Origin: Acidobacteriota bacterium
GTDB lineage: Bacteria; Acidobacteriota; UBA890; WLXD01
Assembly: GCA_965248695.1 (NCBI GenBank)
Contig: CBDFKD010000002.1
Location: forward strand, 96,001-160,000
Direction: 5' to 3'
DNA length: 64,000 nt
Shown here: positions 9,817 to 20,028 of the stretch, in pieces
How the letters are laid out: every line of letters begins with the position of its first letter
Position numbering within the stretch: position 1 is the stretch's first letter
Position numbers and translations under genes: made by a program
The notes under the pieces: generated by a model
What the model was told of the DNA's origin: nothing
Seen by the model: the letters and a program-made list of their open reading frames with translations, nothing else
Databases searched by the model: none

Positions 9817-11220
9817 GAGTTATTTGCAAATGTTGTGGATCGGTGGATTTGTTCAGGCGGCGTCTTCGCTAGCGATCAGGTGAACTCCATCGACGAATGT
9901 GGCGCCCTCGAGTACGAGGGCAGTGAGGTGAGGAGCGTTGATGCGGCGCCATCGTTGCTGTGCCATCTCCAGGAGCTTGAATGCCATCGTCAGCGCCTTG
10001 GTGCGTGAGCCGGCGCCCTTGGTGACGCGTTGTCTCAGGCGTACGGTGGCGAACGCCGACTCGATCGGGTTGGCCGTGCGCAGATGAACCCAGTGGTCGG
10101 CGGGGAAGTCGTAGAACGTCAGCAGCTTGTCGGAGTCGCGTTGCAACGACGCCACGGCCTTGGAGTACTTGGCGCCGTAGTCGGCTGCGAACCGCGCCAT
10201 GCCCTCCTGAGCATCCTCGCGCGTTGGCGCACCGATGATCTCGTGCAGCGCGCGCTTGGCTTTGGCCTGCAGCCGCCTCGGTAGCTTGTCGAGCACGTTG
10301 CCAAGCCGATGCACCCAGCATCGTTGCTCTCGAGTCTGGGGCCATACATCCCGCACCGCCGCCCAGAACCCCAGCGCCCCATCACCCACTGCCACGAGCG
10401 GCGCCCGCATGCCTCGACGCTTCAGCTCCCGGAGCACGAACGCCCAGCTCTCGGTGCTCTCTCGATACCCGTCCTCGACCGCGATGAGCTCCTTGGTTCC
10501 GTCCGGCAAAACGCCCAGGATCACCAGCGTGCACAGCCGATCATCCTCGAGTCGAATGTTGAAGTGCACACCGTCCGCCCACACGTATACGTACTGCTTG
10601 GTGGACAGATCCAGCTTCCGGAATGCCTCGTACTCCGTGCTCCAGGCGTTCGTCAGCCGGCAGATCGCCGATGCCGACAGCCCGCTGGCTTCCTGTCCCA
10701 GTAAGATCGGCAGCGCCTCCTTGAAGTCGCCCGTCGACAGGCCCCGCAGGTACAGCACCGGCAGCACCTCCGCCACCTTCGGCGAGCGCCGCATGTAGGG
10801 CGGCAGGATCCGACTGCTGAACCGCTGCCTCAGTCCCTGCTCGTCGAGCCGCTTGTCGTTGACCCGTGGCGCGGCTACTTGCACCGTCCCGCACCCCAAC
10901 GTGATCTTGCGTGCGCGAGCCCGACCGTTGCGTACCACTTGCCGACGGCCGGCTTCATCCAGTTGCCCGGCGTGGCTCTGGATATACTCCTGAACCTCCC
11001 ACTCCAGTGCTGTTGCCAGCATCTGCAGCGCGCCCTGCCGGGCGAGCTCATCGACGTCCAGTGTCAGCTGTCCTTCCTCCGCGTCCGATCCACCGATAAT
11101 CTTGAGCACGGGTGGCGTCTCCTTCCCGGCCTCCACAGCCGGCTGCTGGTTGTTGATGATCCCAGCGAAGGTTACGCCGCCTTTCTTTTTCCTCCCATCC
11201 ACAACTTCCGGTTATATCTC
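9817..11220 (-). mobile_element. IS256-family element (about 1404 bp)
   Basis: Imperfect IRs GAGTTATTTGCAAATGTTGTGGAT / GAGATATAACCGGAAGTTGTGGAT; no matching flanking duplication. Confidence 0.88.
9853..11202 (-). CDS. IS256-family (Mutator-type) transposase; true start may be downstream
   Basis: RNG, LYLRGLSTGDF, WADGVHF, GDGALGFW, QRCWVH, TANPIES. Confidence 0.92.
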   Translation of the reverse strand: MDGRKKKGGVTFAGIINNQQPAVEAGKETPPVLKIIGGSDAEEGQLTLDVDELARQGALQMLATALEWEVQEYIQSHAGQLDEAGRRQVVRNGRARARKITLGCGTVQVAAPRVNDKRLDEQGLRQRFSSRILPPYMRRSPKVAEVLPVLYLRGLSTGDFKEALPILLGQEASGLSASAICRLTNAWSTEYEAFRKLDLSTKQYVYVWADGVHFNIRLEDDRLCTLVILGVLPDGTKELIAVEDGYRESTESWAFVLRELKRRGMRAPLVAVGDGALGFWAAVRDVWPQTREQRCWVHRLGNVLDKLPRRLQAKAKRALHEIIGAPTREDAQEGMARFAADYGAKYSKAVASLQRDSDKLLTFYDFPADHWVHLRTANPIESAFATVRLRQRVTKGAGSRTKALTMAFKLLEMAQQRWRRINAPHLTALVLEGATFVDGVHLIASEDAA

Positions 11221-11344
11221 TTCGACGGCGACGGCATCCCTCTACCTGTTAGTACGCCAGGGCGCGGAAAGCGGTTTGCCGACCTGCTAAGGTGCTGGCC
11301 CTCTACTGTCCACGGGCGCGCAGCTCGGCAGGCCGGAGACCACG

Positions 11345-11842
11345 ATGAGGCAAGTGCTGGACCGTGCCGTGCTCCGTCGGTGCGCTGACCTGCTCCTGCC
11401 GACGGAGCTGTCGGCTCTGGAGCTGGACGCCGCGGTGGACGCGTTCTTGCGATGGGTACGCGGCTATCGTGCGGATGCCGATATGGATCACGGCTACGGC
11501 TTCACCCGCCTACGTGAGACCGACGCATCGCCCGCGGGCGGCTACGCCCGAGATCTCGAGGCGCTCGATGCCACGGCTCGGCGTGACCACGGCGGTGCCC
11601 TCGTGTCGCTCGACGATGAGACCTTGCTAGACCTCTTGAGCACAGCGATCGAGAGCGCCGTGCCGGAAGACGGCGGGATGTCGACACGGCCCGACGCCGG
11701 ACACGTCGTCGTGGGGCTGATGACGCATTTCTTCCGCAGTCCCGAGGCGGCGGATCGATGCTACGGAGTTCACATCCGCAGGGAGATCTGCCGCGGCCTG
11801 TTCACCGATCTCGATGGCCTCGAGCCACGGGCGAACGACTGA
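11345..11842 (+). CDS. Gluconate 2-dehydrogenase subunit 3-like accessory protein
   Basis: Small protein overlapping the start of a GMC oxidoreductase; pattern of LDATARR..GGALVSLD and FFRSPEA. Confidence 0.6.
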   Translation: MRQVLDRAVLRRCADLLLPTELSALELDAAVDAFLRWVRGYRADADMDHGYGFTRLRETDASPAGGYARDLEALDATARRDHGGALVSLDDETLLDLLSTAIESAVPEDGGMSTRPDAGHVVVGLMTHFFRSPEAADRCYGVHIRREICRGLFTDLDGLEPRAND

Positions 11843-13425
11843 TGCGCGTGGTGCAGGCCGACGTTTGCGTTATCGGCGGTGGCATTACCGGTGCGATGAC
11901 AGCGGCGAAGTTGAGCCAGGAGACCGACGCCACGATCACCGTCGTTGAAGCCGGTTCGAAGCTGTTCGACCTCGAGAACCGGTTCGAGTATCGCCAGCGC
12001 AGCCTCGCCTACGGAGAGAACGCGTGGCCCGGCGACCACATTCCCGATCAGGCCGGCGAAGGCGTGATCTCGCGCACGATGGCCGTGGGCGGCTCGGCGC
12101 TGCACTGGGGCGGCGTGGTGCCGCGATTCTCGCGTGAGGACTTCGACGTCCGATCGCGCTACGGGGTCGGCTACGACTGGCCGATCAGCTTCGCTGACCT
12201 GGAGCCGTTCTACTGCGAGGGTGAGCGCCTGATGGGCGTGGCAGGCGAGCAAGGCAGCGCCGGTGAGGATCCGCGCTCGGAGCCCTACCCGATGCCGCCG
12301 CACCCGCTGAACTCCAACCTGCGGATCTACCGCGACTGGGCGGCTGCTGCTGAGATCCCCTTTTGGACCATGCCAGCGGCGAAGAACACCGAGCCGTACG
12401 ACGGGCGCATGATCTGCCAGCGCTGCGATACCTGCATCATCTGCCCGACCGGAGCCAAGTACTCGCCCGACTTCACGTTCAAGCGATTGCTCGACGACGG
12501 CGCCATTGATCTGGTGCCACGCACGCTTGTCCGCCGACTCGACGTGGACACCGACAGCACACGCATCACGCAGGCGCGAGGGGTCGACCGGGACAGCGGC
12601 GAAGAGCTGCGATTCGAGGCCGATGTGTTCGTGCTGGCGGCCGGCTACGCCTGGTCGCCACACCTGTTGCTGCTGTCGGCCAGCTCCAGATTTCCCGATG
12701 GTCTGGCCAACAGCTCCGGGTTACTGGGTCGACATATGGCAGGGCATCGTCCGGTAAGCGCGATGATCGAGATTCCGCATCGGGTCTACCCGGGTGTGAA
12801 CGGCTTCAACACCCTGCTCAGCCGCATGTTCATGCGGCCGCCGCTGGACGAGCCGTATGTGCGCCACGATCTGCGCATCTTCGAATCAACCTACCGACGC
12901 CAGCCGCGCCTGCGCGATGACGCCGGCCGTTTGCTGATCGGCGACGCCGTAATGCGGGACTGGCGAGCGCGCACCCAGGTCGGCACGGCGCGCCTACGCG
13001 CCTACTACGACGTGATCCCCTCGCCCGATAGTCGTCTGCAACTCGATCCGAGCAACACCAATGCCTGGGGCGATCCGATGCCCCGCATCGAGATGGCAGA
13101 TCACGACGACACCGTCAGGTTGCGTCAACACACGCAGGCACAGATCCACGAAGTGTTCGATCGCCTGGTGCAGGCGGGGCGTGGCAAGATCCTGACGACG
13201 AGCACCGGAGGCTTTCTGGATCACCCGTGCGGTGGTTGTCGGATGAGCGACGACCCGGCGACGGGCGTGACCGATCCTCATGGCCGCGCCTGGGACCACG
13301 ACAATCTGTTCGTCGCCGGGGCGCCGACGTGCGTCACCGCCGGCTGCACCAATGGCACCAACACCTTCGTGGCCCTGACGCTGCGAACAGCCGCTGAGAT
13401 CTCGCGCCAGCTGCGCTCGCACTGA
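11842..13425 (+). CDS. GMC family FAD oxidoreductase
   Basis: VIGGGITG FAD motif, VGGSALHWGG, CQRCDTC.ICP, DHPCGGCRM, NGTNT; start overlaps upstream stop (TGATG). Confidence 0.9.
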   Translation: MRVVQADVCVIGGGITGAMTAAKLSQETDATITVVEAGSKLFDLENRFEYRQRSLAYGENAWPGDHIPDQAGEGVISRTMAVGGSALHWGGVVPRFSREDFDVRSRYGVGYDWPISFADLEPFYCEGERLMGVAGEQGSAGEDPRSEPYPMPPHPLNSNLRIYRDWAAAAEIPFWTMPAAKNTEPYDGRMICQRCDTCIICPTGAKYSPDFTFKRLLDDGAIDLVPRTLVRRLDVDTDSTRITQARGVDRDSGEELRFEADVFVLAAGYAWSPHLLLLSASSRFPDGLANSSGLLGRHMAGHRPVSAMIEIPHRVYPGVNGFNTLLSRMFMRPPLDEPYVRHDLRIFESTYRRQPRLRDDAGRLLIGDAVMRDWRARTQVGTARLRAYYDVIPSPDSRLQLDPSNTNAWGDPMPRIEMADHDDTVRLRQHTQAQIHEVFDRLVQAGRGKILTTSTGGFLDHPCGGCRMSDDPATGVTDPHGRAWDHDNLFVAGAPTCVTAGCTNGTNTFVALTLRTAAEISRQLRSH

Positions 13426-13467
13426 CGAGACGACACCGTGAGATCGGCAAACCTCCGACGTGGCCGG

Positions 13468-15312
13468 CTAGCGGAGCCTCGACTCCAGCAAGACGTCGAT
13501 CTCCCGGATCGCGTGCAGAAGCGCGGCCTGCAATCGGTTGCGCTCACGCACCAGATCGACGAGCAGGAACCCGTAGCGTCGGCTGTCCACTTCGAGCCCG
13601 CCGAGCTCGCCTATCGGCGTCAGGCCGGGGAGCATGCCGACGCTCAACGCCGGGTCCGGGTGGAACGCTCCCGAGCGTGTGTGCATCACCCGGTGCAGCG
13701 GGCGCATGATGCGAACCAGAGCGCGATCGATCTCCACTCTCCGGAACCAGCGCCGCGCGCGCCAGGGCAGCAACGCCACCTCTTCGATCCGTGTCGCCAG
13801 CGCATCGCCGCGGGTGTTCAGGAGGCGGGCTGTCTCCAGGGTTCGCGACAGGTCGAACTCCATGCCGCTGATCTGCTCCAGCTCGGTCAGCTGCTCGACA
13901 ACGGCCGCGGTCTCGGCTCGGAGATCGAATGGCGGCACCTCGTCGGCGAGAAGCCGCGACAACGCCGCCGCGTACAGCTCGGCATCGAGCTCCAGAACAT
14001 CGAGGTCGATCTTGTCGCGGGTATCTTCAGCCGTATGCCACCACCAGTAGCCACCGTCCTCGGCCGACCGTGAGTGTCCGAACTGAAGCTGTGGCAGGCC
14101 GATCCCGTTGAACGCCTGATCCGAGTCGCGGCCCGGAAGCCCAATCCTGGGCTCGGATTGGGCCAGCTCGCGAACCATCTCGCTGCCGAACTCGGCAAGC
14201 GACCTACTGGCGCTGACGGAGAAATTCTGCGCGTCGATCTGCCCGATCCCATCGATGTTCATGTAGGCAATGGCGCGTGTCGACAGCTCTTCGAAATAGT
14301 GATCCGCGAACCACGCCGATCCGGCATAGCGGCCATTGCTGTGCCCCGGCCACCAGGCCACCACCAGACCACGGCGCAGGCTGTCACGCTCGGCCCAAAA
14401 GGCGCGCGCCAGCTCGACCATGGCAGCGTTCGAGGCACCCTCGTCGGTGGCGCCGTAGTACCAGGAATCAATGTGACCGCCGAGCAGAACATACGGTGCG
14501 TCGTCGAGGTCGGGCGGATCGATGCGAGCCACAACCAGCCGAAGCTCCCTCCATCCGGTCTGCGTCGCCGCATCGAGGCGCAGCATGGACCCACCGCCGG
14601 CGAGCTCCCGGAGGCGCTCTCCGTCGGAGGCGCGCACCTGCACCACCGGAAGGCTCGGGTCGCGGTGCGCGGAACGCCGCGAGGGCGTTCCCCAAACAGT
14701 GGTCGTGATGAGCTCGTTGAGACGCTCCTGGGGGTTGATGAAGACGGCGCCGGCAGCACCCATCTTCTGCAGCGCCCACGCTGCTTCCGGCATCGGCAAG
14801 CCGTCTACCAACGCGATCTTGCCCGCCAGATCGATAGCGTCGTGTGGCGCCAGCTCCAGTAGCTCACCGCTCGTCAGGTCGATGTTTGGCAGGTCGGCGA
14901 CCGCGCCGATATCCACCGCGATGGCCTCTAGGCCTTCCACCGACCCGGAGTAGGCCGCCGTGATGGCCTCGGGCTCGAAACCTACAGCCGGAACGCTGAC
15001 GGAGGCCGATACCGGATCGCTGACGTAGGCCCAGAACGCCTGCACCTCCGCCGGTACGCCAGAGCCACGTAGCGTGTCAACGATGTGATCGATGGCCGCG
15101 TTCTCGCCCAGGCTGCCGGAAGGCCGCGGGTGTACGACGATGGCGTTCACCTGGGCGCGCAGACCGGCGGCGTCAATTCGGGAACGCACGCGGGTCGCCA
15201 GCGACGCGTCATCGTCCTGACCGTGGGCACCGCCGACAAGCGCGACGGCGATTCCGACAGTACTGACAACGAGAGTCATGGGGCGAATGGACACGCTGAA
15301 TCTCCGGCTCAT
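13468..15312 (-). CDS. Secreted M28-family peptidase with PA domain
   Basis: Signal-peptide-like N-terminus; PA-like GKIALV...GAAGAVF; GGHIDSW, ATDEG, YMNID, WWHTAEDT. Confidence 0.82.
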   Translation of the reverse strand: MSRRFSVSIRPMTLVVSTVGIAVALVGGAHGQDDDASLATRVRSRIDAAGLRAQVNAIVVHPRPSGSLGENAAIDHIVDTLRGSGVPAEVQAFWAYVSDPVSASVSVPAVGFEPEAITAAYSGSVEGLEAIAVDIGAVADLPNIDLTSGELLELAPHDAIDLAGKIALVDGLPMPEAAWALQKMGAAGAVFINPQERLNELITTTVWGTPSRRSAHRDPSLPVVQVRASDGERLRELAGGGSMLRLDAATQTGWRELRLVVARIDPPDLDDAPYVLLGGHIDSWYYGATDEGASNAAMVELARAFWAERDSLRRGLVVAWWPGHSNGRYAGSAWFADHYFEELSTRAIAYMNIDGIGQIDAQNFSVSASRSLAEFGSEMVRELAQSEPRIGLPGRDSDQAFNGIGLPQLQFGHSRSAEDGGYWWWHTAEDTRDKIDLDVLELDAELYAAALSRLLADEVPPFDLRAETAAVVEQLTELEQISGMEFDLSRTLETARLLNTRGDALATRIEEVALLPWRARRWFRRVEIDRALVRIMRPLHRVMHTRSGAFHPDPALSVGMLPGLTPIGELGGLEVDSRRYGFLLVDLVRERNRLQAALLHAIREIDVLLESRLR

Positions 15313-15319
15313 CCGCCAA

Positions 15320-16252
15320 TCAGGGTGTGATGTCGGGACGATAGCTGGTCAAGAATTCGAGAATCGGGGTCGCCGCGGTGATGTCGGCGGCCTCGAATCG
15401 TACCGCGTGTGCGTCGGCGCGTTCGAACAACGGCAGGAAGGCCAGGAGCTGACTCGGCCGGTAGTTCTTGAACCGAACGGTCACCGTTACCGGCGTGCTG
15501 ACCTGATACGGCTCGATCTGATCAAGACGGCGCACGCCGCGCTCGACGGCGTCGCGGATCACCGCCTGCCCAGCCGCGGGCGTCAACGTGGTGGCGGAGT
15601 GGAACGAATGCGACCACTTGACCACCGCCGCCTCGAACCCGTCCCCGAGGGTCTCTCGTGCTTCTGCAATGGTAGCGTCGTCGCCCGAGATCGCGATCAC
15701 CGGCACGCCCAGATGACCGGCGACGGCCGCGTTCCACACGGTCTCGTTTGCAGCGCGATCGTTGATCCGTACAGCGGCGAGGGTGGCGCTCGAGTTAGTG
15801 TGGGCGCGAACCCCTTCCGGGTTGGTCGTGCCGCTGTGGTAGCCGATAAACACAGCGCCACCGAACGTGCTGTCGAGCCCGTGCATCATGCCTAGCCGAC
15901 GCGGCCAAGAGCGCACGACCTTGACATCATCCGGCAACTCGTCGATCAACAGGTTCTCGCCATTGCCATGCGCGTCGGCCACCAGAATCTCGCCTGCGCC
16001 TGCGGCACGCGCGCCTTCTATGGCAGCCAGAACCTCCTGGGTCATGAAACGGCGGAAGCGCTCGTACTCGAATCCCTCCGGCCCCAGCTGCTGGTCAGTA
16101 ACGACACCGGTCACGCCTTCGAGGTCGGCCGATATGTAGATTTTCGGTCCCTGCGAACCGGCAGCCGGGGCAGCAGCCTGAGCGATTGTCGGCAGGATGG
16201 CGGTCAGCGCCAACAAGGCGCCCGTGGCGACGAACGGCGACAGGTCGTACAT
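15320..16252 (-). CDS. dppA: M55 D-aminopeptidase (DppA-like) with predicted signal peptide
   Basis: KIYISADLEG, VADAHG, FIGYH, AHT, ISGDD. Confidence 0.88.
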   Translation of the reverse strand: MYDLSPFVATGALLALTAILPTIAQAAAPAAGSQGPKIYISADLEGVTGVVTDQQLGPEGFEYERFRRFMTQEVLAAIEGARAAGAGEILVADAHGNGENLLIDELPDDVKVVRSWPRRLGMMHGLDSTFGGAVFIGYHSGTTNPEGVRAHTNSSATLAAVRINDRAANETVWNAAVAGHLGVPVIAISGDDATIAEARETLGDGFEAAVVKWSHSFHSATTLTPAAGQAVIRDAVERGVRRLDQIEPYQVSTPVTVTVRFKNYRPSQLLAFLPLFERADAHAVRFEAADITAATPILEFLTSYRPDITP

Positions 16253-16398
16253 GACTGACTCCTCGGTGAGCATGTTGGCTGGACATTCGCTCTCCAACGG
16301 CCCGCCTCGCGGCGCACAGTCTCGTTTGCTACGGTGAATCTGTGCTTGATTCATGATCCGCGCCCTCGCCGCGGCACTCGGGAGACCCTAAGTAGACC

Positions 16399-19161
16399 AT
16401 GTCTCACGCCGGTAGCATGTCCATGGGACTCGTGGTCCTCGGTGCGGTCGCGCTCGCCGCGACGCCGACAACGGCGGCGCCGCGGGGTGTGCAGAGAAGC
16501 CCCGAGCCGGCAGCCAGGACTACGACGGCGCCGAGTACGCGGACTCCGGCAGCGCCGAGCGCCCAAGCGCCGGCGGCCCGGATCCGCGTCAGTACGCTGG
16601 ACGCCGACGGCGCAGGCATCGAAGGATTGCTGGTGCAGGTGCTGGGGCCGGCACGCCAAGTCATGCGCGAAGCACGCTCGGACGCAAGCGGCTCGGCACT
16701 CCTGGATGAGCTGCGCTTCGGTTCGTATGAGCTGCGCATCGTCAGCACTACCTACGCCGACGTGTACCGCGTGCTCGATCTCCGACAAACGGAGCTAGTC
16801 GTCGAGGTAACGATGCTCCCGGCCGGGGTCGAGGAGCGGGTTACCGTGACCGCGGCACGAGGAACCCTGCAAGAGGAGACTCGAAGTCCCGCCACCGTGC
16901 GCTCACTCGACGAGGTACGTCTGAAGGCACGGGCAGTCGACCTGCTCCCGCGGATGCTCGATGAGGAGCCGGGCATCCTGACCCAGCAGACCACGCCGGG
17001 GCAGGGCTCGCCGATTCTCCGTGGTCAGAGCGCCCAGGCAGTGCTCTACCTGCTCGACGGTGTGCGCTACAACAACGCCACTTACCGTGCCGGAAACACT
17101 CAGTATCTGGCCTGGATTCCCGACGTCGCGGTCGACTCGGTGGAGGTTCTCCTCGGTCCGGCAGGCGTCAACTATGGTAGCGACGCGCTGGGAGGCGCTG
17201 TCAACGTCATCAGCAAGCCTCTTCCCGGGTTCGCGCCCGACCACACCCGCTGGTCAGGGAGCGTCCGCATGTTCGGCCAATCGGCGTCGAACGGCGGCGG
17301 CGCCAACGCCACGGTCGGCGGCTCCGGTCGCAACTGGGCCGCCTACCTCGCCACCAACGCCAGCGTTCACGGCGACCTGCGTGGTGGCCGCGGTGTCGAT
17401 TCACACCACTCGACCGTCCGGTTCCTCGGCTTCGAGCCCCAACAGGTCCGCAGTGCTTTCGGCACGCGCTATGGCGATACCGGGTACTCGGCCACTGGCC
17501 TGACCGCCAAGGCCAGCCTTCAGGCCGGCGCCGGTACGGTCTCCGGATACCTTGTGCGCTCAGAGCAATACGACGTGCGCCGATACGACCGGCTACTAGG
17601 CGGCGATGGTCGTGTGGTGGCTGCCTTCGATCCGCAGCAGCTGACGTTCGGATACCTACGCTACTCGCGTTTCTTCGCCAGTGAGTTTCTCCAAGTAACG
17701 CTGTCGCTCAACCGGCAGACCGACGGTCGACGTGACCAGCGCCGGCCGACCAGCAGCCTGCGTTCAGAAAGGAACCGGGACACCGCGCTCGGCTTCGCGG
17801 TGATTGGCTCCAAGAACCTGGGCGAGCACCTGCTGAGCGGTGGAATCGAGATCTACGACGAGGACGTCGACGCTTCCCGGACCGAGACCATGGACGGGAC
17901 CACGGTCGCCGTCCGACCGAGAGTCCCCAATGGCGCGGCCTATCGGTCGCTGGGCGTCTTCTTGCTCGACGAGTGGCACGGCATCGACGACCGCTTGCTG
18001 ATCTCCGCCGGTGCCCGCTACTCGGCATTTCGCTACCGCACCCGCTCTGCCGACAGCATCATCGACGGCGAGGCCCTGGTGCCCGACACGCAAGTAACAT
18101 TCGACGACCTGACCCTCAACCTCGGCGCCAACTACGCAGCTACGGACACCTTCGGGCTATGGGGCCGCGTGGCGCGGGGTTTCCGCGCTCCGTCGGTCTT
18201 CGACTTCGGGGAGATCGGCCTCACCGGCGGGGGCTTCGAAGTTGCGCCGGACGAAGCGGTCGGTTTCGGTGCTGTGGTCGCAGATTCGGCCGGCCGTACC
18301 GCAAGGCGCACCGACAGCATCTGGCAGCCGTTGCGGCCGGAGGTGCTCTGGAGCTATGAGGTCGGTTTCAGATGGGTCGACGACGACGTGCGCGTCGAGA
18401 TTACCGGATTCGACAGCGAGTTCTCCGATGCGATCTCGCGCCGAACGGTGATCATCGACGATCCGGTCGTCGGCCAGACGATCGGCGGTGAGACGATCAT
18501 CGGCCAGGATGCCGCCGGGCGCGTCTTTGTCGGCGCCGATCCCGATCCCGTCGTCTCACGCGCCAATATCGGGCGGTTGCGTGTCTGGGGCCTCGAGGCG
18601 TTGGCACAGAAATCATGGAGCGCGCGCTGGTTGGCGACCTTGAAAGCGTCGTTCCAACGGGGTCATGAGCTCGATACAGGCTTCTTTGCACGCCGGATCG
18701 CCCCGGACAACCTCACCGCTGTGTTGCGCTGGCGCTCCGACTCCGGACGACTCTCGATCGAGGCGGTCCTCAAAGGCGCGCGGCGGCAGGCGCGATTGAA
18801 CCCCGGGGATCTCGAGGACGCACGCATCGGGGCGTTCCGCGACGCCGACGACATCACCGACTTCTTCACCAATCAGGGGCCACGGCTGGGATTGGTGGCA
18901 AACGGCGTCCTGCTTGCCACCGGTGAGACGCTCGACGAGGTCATCGATCGCGTCCTCGGTGCCGGACACGTCGGCGCCCCCCTCTTCACCTCCACGAGCG
19001 GGTGGGCGACGCTCGGGTTGCGCGGCTCGTACGCCCTGGCCGACAACCAAACATTGGTTTTCGCGCTCAGCAACCTCACCGATACCAACTACCGCATGCA
19101 CGGATCAGGCTTCGATGCCATGGGAATCAACCTGAGCCTGGCGTACTCGGTGAGCTTCTGA
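16399..19161 (+). CDS. TonB-dependent receptor
   Basis: N-terminal carboxypeptidase-regulatory-like domain, VTVTAAR, plug (EEPG, LLDGVR, VEVLLGP..YGSDALGGAVN), NLTDTNY, C-terminal Phe. Confidence 0.9.
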   Translation: MSHAGSMSMGLVVLGAVALAATPTTAAPRGVQRSPEPAARTTTAPSTRTPAAPSAQAPAARIRVSTLDADGAGIEGLLVQVLGPARQVMREARSDASGSALLDELRFGSYELRIVSTTYADVYRVLDLRQTELVVEVTMLPAGVEERVTVTAARGTLQEETRSPATVRSLDEVRLKARAVDLLPRMLDEEPGILTQQTTPGQGSPILRGQSAQAVLYLLDGVRYNNATYRAGNTQYLAWIPDVAVDSVEVLLGPAGVNYGSDALGGAVNVISKPLPGFAPDHTRWSGSVRMFGQSASNGGGANATVGGSGRNWAAYLATNASVHGDLRGGRGVDSHHSTVRFLGFEPQQVRSAFGTRYGDTGYSATGLTAKASLQAGAGTVSGYLVRSEQYDVRRYDRLLGGDGRVVAAFDPQQLTFGYLRYSRFFASEFLQVTLSLNRQTDGRRDQRRPTSSLRSERNRDTALGFAVIGSKNLGEHLLSGGIEIYDEDVDASRTETMDGTTVAVRPRVPNGAAYRSLGVFLLDEWHGIDDRLLISAGARYSAFRYRTRSADSIIDGEALVPDTQVTFDDLTLNLGANYAATDTFGLWGRVARGFRAPSVFDFGEIGLTGGGFEVAPDEAVGFGAVVADSAGRTARRTDSIWQPLRPEVLWSYEVGFRWVDDDVRVEITGFDSEFSDAISRRTVIIDDPVVGQTIGGETIIGQDAAGRVFVGADPDPVVSRANIGRLRVWGLEALAQKSWSARWLATLKASFQRGHELDTGFFARRIAPDNLTAVLRWRSDSGRLSIEAVLKGARRQARLNPGDLEDARIGAFRDADDITDFFTNQGPRLGLVANGVLLATGETLDEVIDRVLGAGHVGAPLFTSTSGWATLGLRGSYALADNQTLVFALSNLTDTNYRMHGSGFDAMGINLSLAYSVSF

Positions 19162-19273
19162 TCCCCACGGACGAACAGATGTCCGGATCTGCGGCCGACG
19201 ACGAAACCCGCCCCGCCTTTGGCGCGTACCTGTAGTATCGAACGCGCCCGAGCTTTGCGACGGAGGACTAGCC

Positions 19274-19924
19274 ATGCAGGCCAGCCTGCTCTCTGTATTG
19301 TTGATCGCCGCTGTGGCGGCGCCGACCGCCACGATCGAGTCTGAGGGGCAGACGCGCGAGTACCAGCGCCACTTCGACGCCTCCAACCTCGACGAGGTCT
19401 ACATCGATTTCCCCATCGGGGAGCTACGAATCGAGGGCACGGGCGCGGACCGCATCGAGGTCGAAGTGAGCATCGAGTGCACCGGATGGCGGGCCCGAGC
19501 CTGTCGCGAGCGCGCCGATGACGTCGAGCTCGAGTCCGACCGCCGCGATGATCGTCTGCAGCTATCGTTTGCGGGCTTCAGCAAGTGGCGCAATCGCGGC
19601 ATGCACATCAACATGACGGTCCGATTGCCGGCACCCATCGACCTAGCCGTGGACATGAGCATCGGCGAGCTCGACCTCCGAGAGCTTGCCGGCAACGTCA
19701 CCGTGGATATGAGCATCGGCGAGGTCTCGCTGCGAATGCGGCAGGCGGATGTCGGCCGGCTGAGCATGGACACGGGAATCGGCGAGTCGTCGCTGGTGAC
19801 GCCGGCCGGCCGCTCCGAAAGCGCCGGATTGTTCACCCGCGAGCTCCGGTGGGACCAGGGCGAGGGAGAGGCACAGATCCGCATCGACCTCGGTATCGGC
19901 GAGGTCGGCGTCCGACTGAGCTAG
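19274..19924 (+). CDS. Exported beta-repeat protein (DUF4097 / LiaF-LiaG-like)
   Basis: Signal peptide; repeated DMSIGE / DTGIGE / DLGIGE strands; GGAGG RBS. Confidence 0.65.
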   Translation: MQASLLSVLLIAAVAAPTATIESEGQTREYQRHFDASNLDEVYIDFPIGELRIEGTGADRIEVEVSIECTGWRARACRERADDVELESDRRDDRLQLSFAGFSKWRNRGMHINMTVRLPAPIDLAVDMSIGELDLRELAGNVTVDMSIGEVSLRMRQADVGRLSMDTGIGESSLVTPAGRSESAGLFTRELRWDQGEGEAQIRIDLGIGEVGVRLS

Positions 19925-20028
19925 TGGCTCGACGAGGGCGCACTGCCGGTTCCGGGGCACTGCGGTAGGATCGGTCGATACCGCCTCGACTCGTGGCACG
20001 TCTCTGCTCCTCTCCGGAGCCCCTGGTC

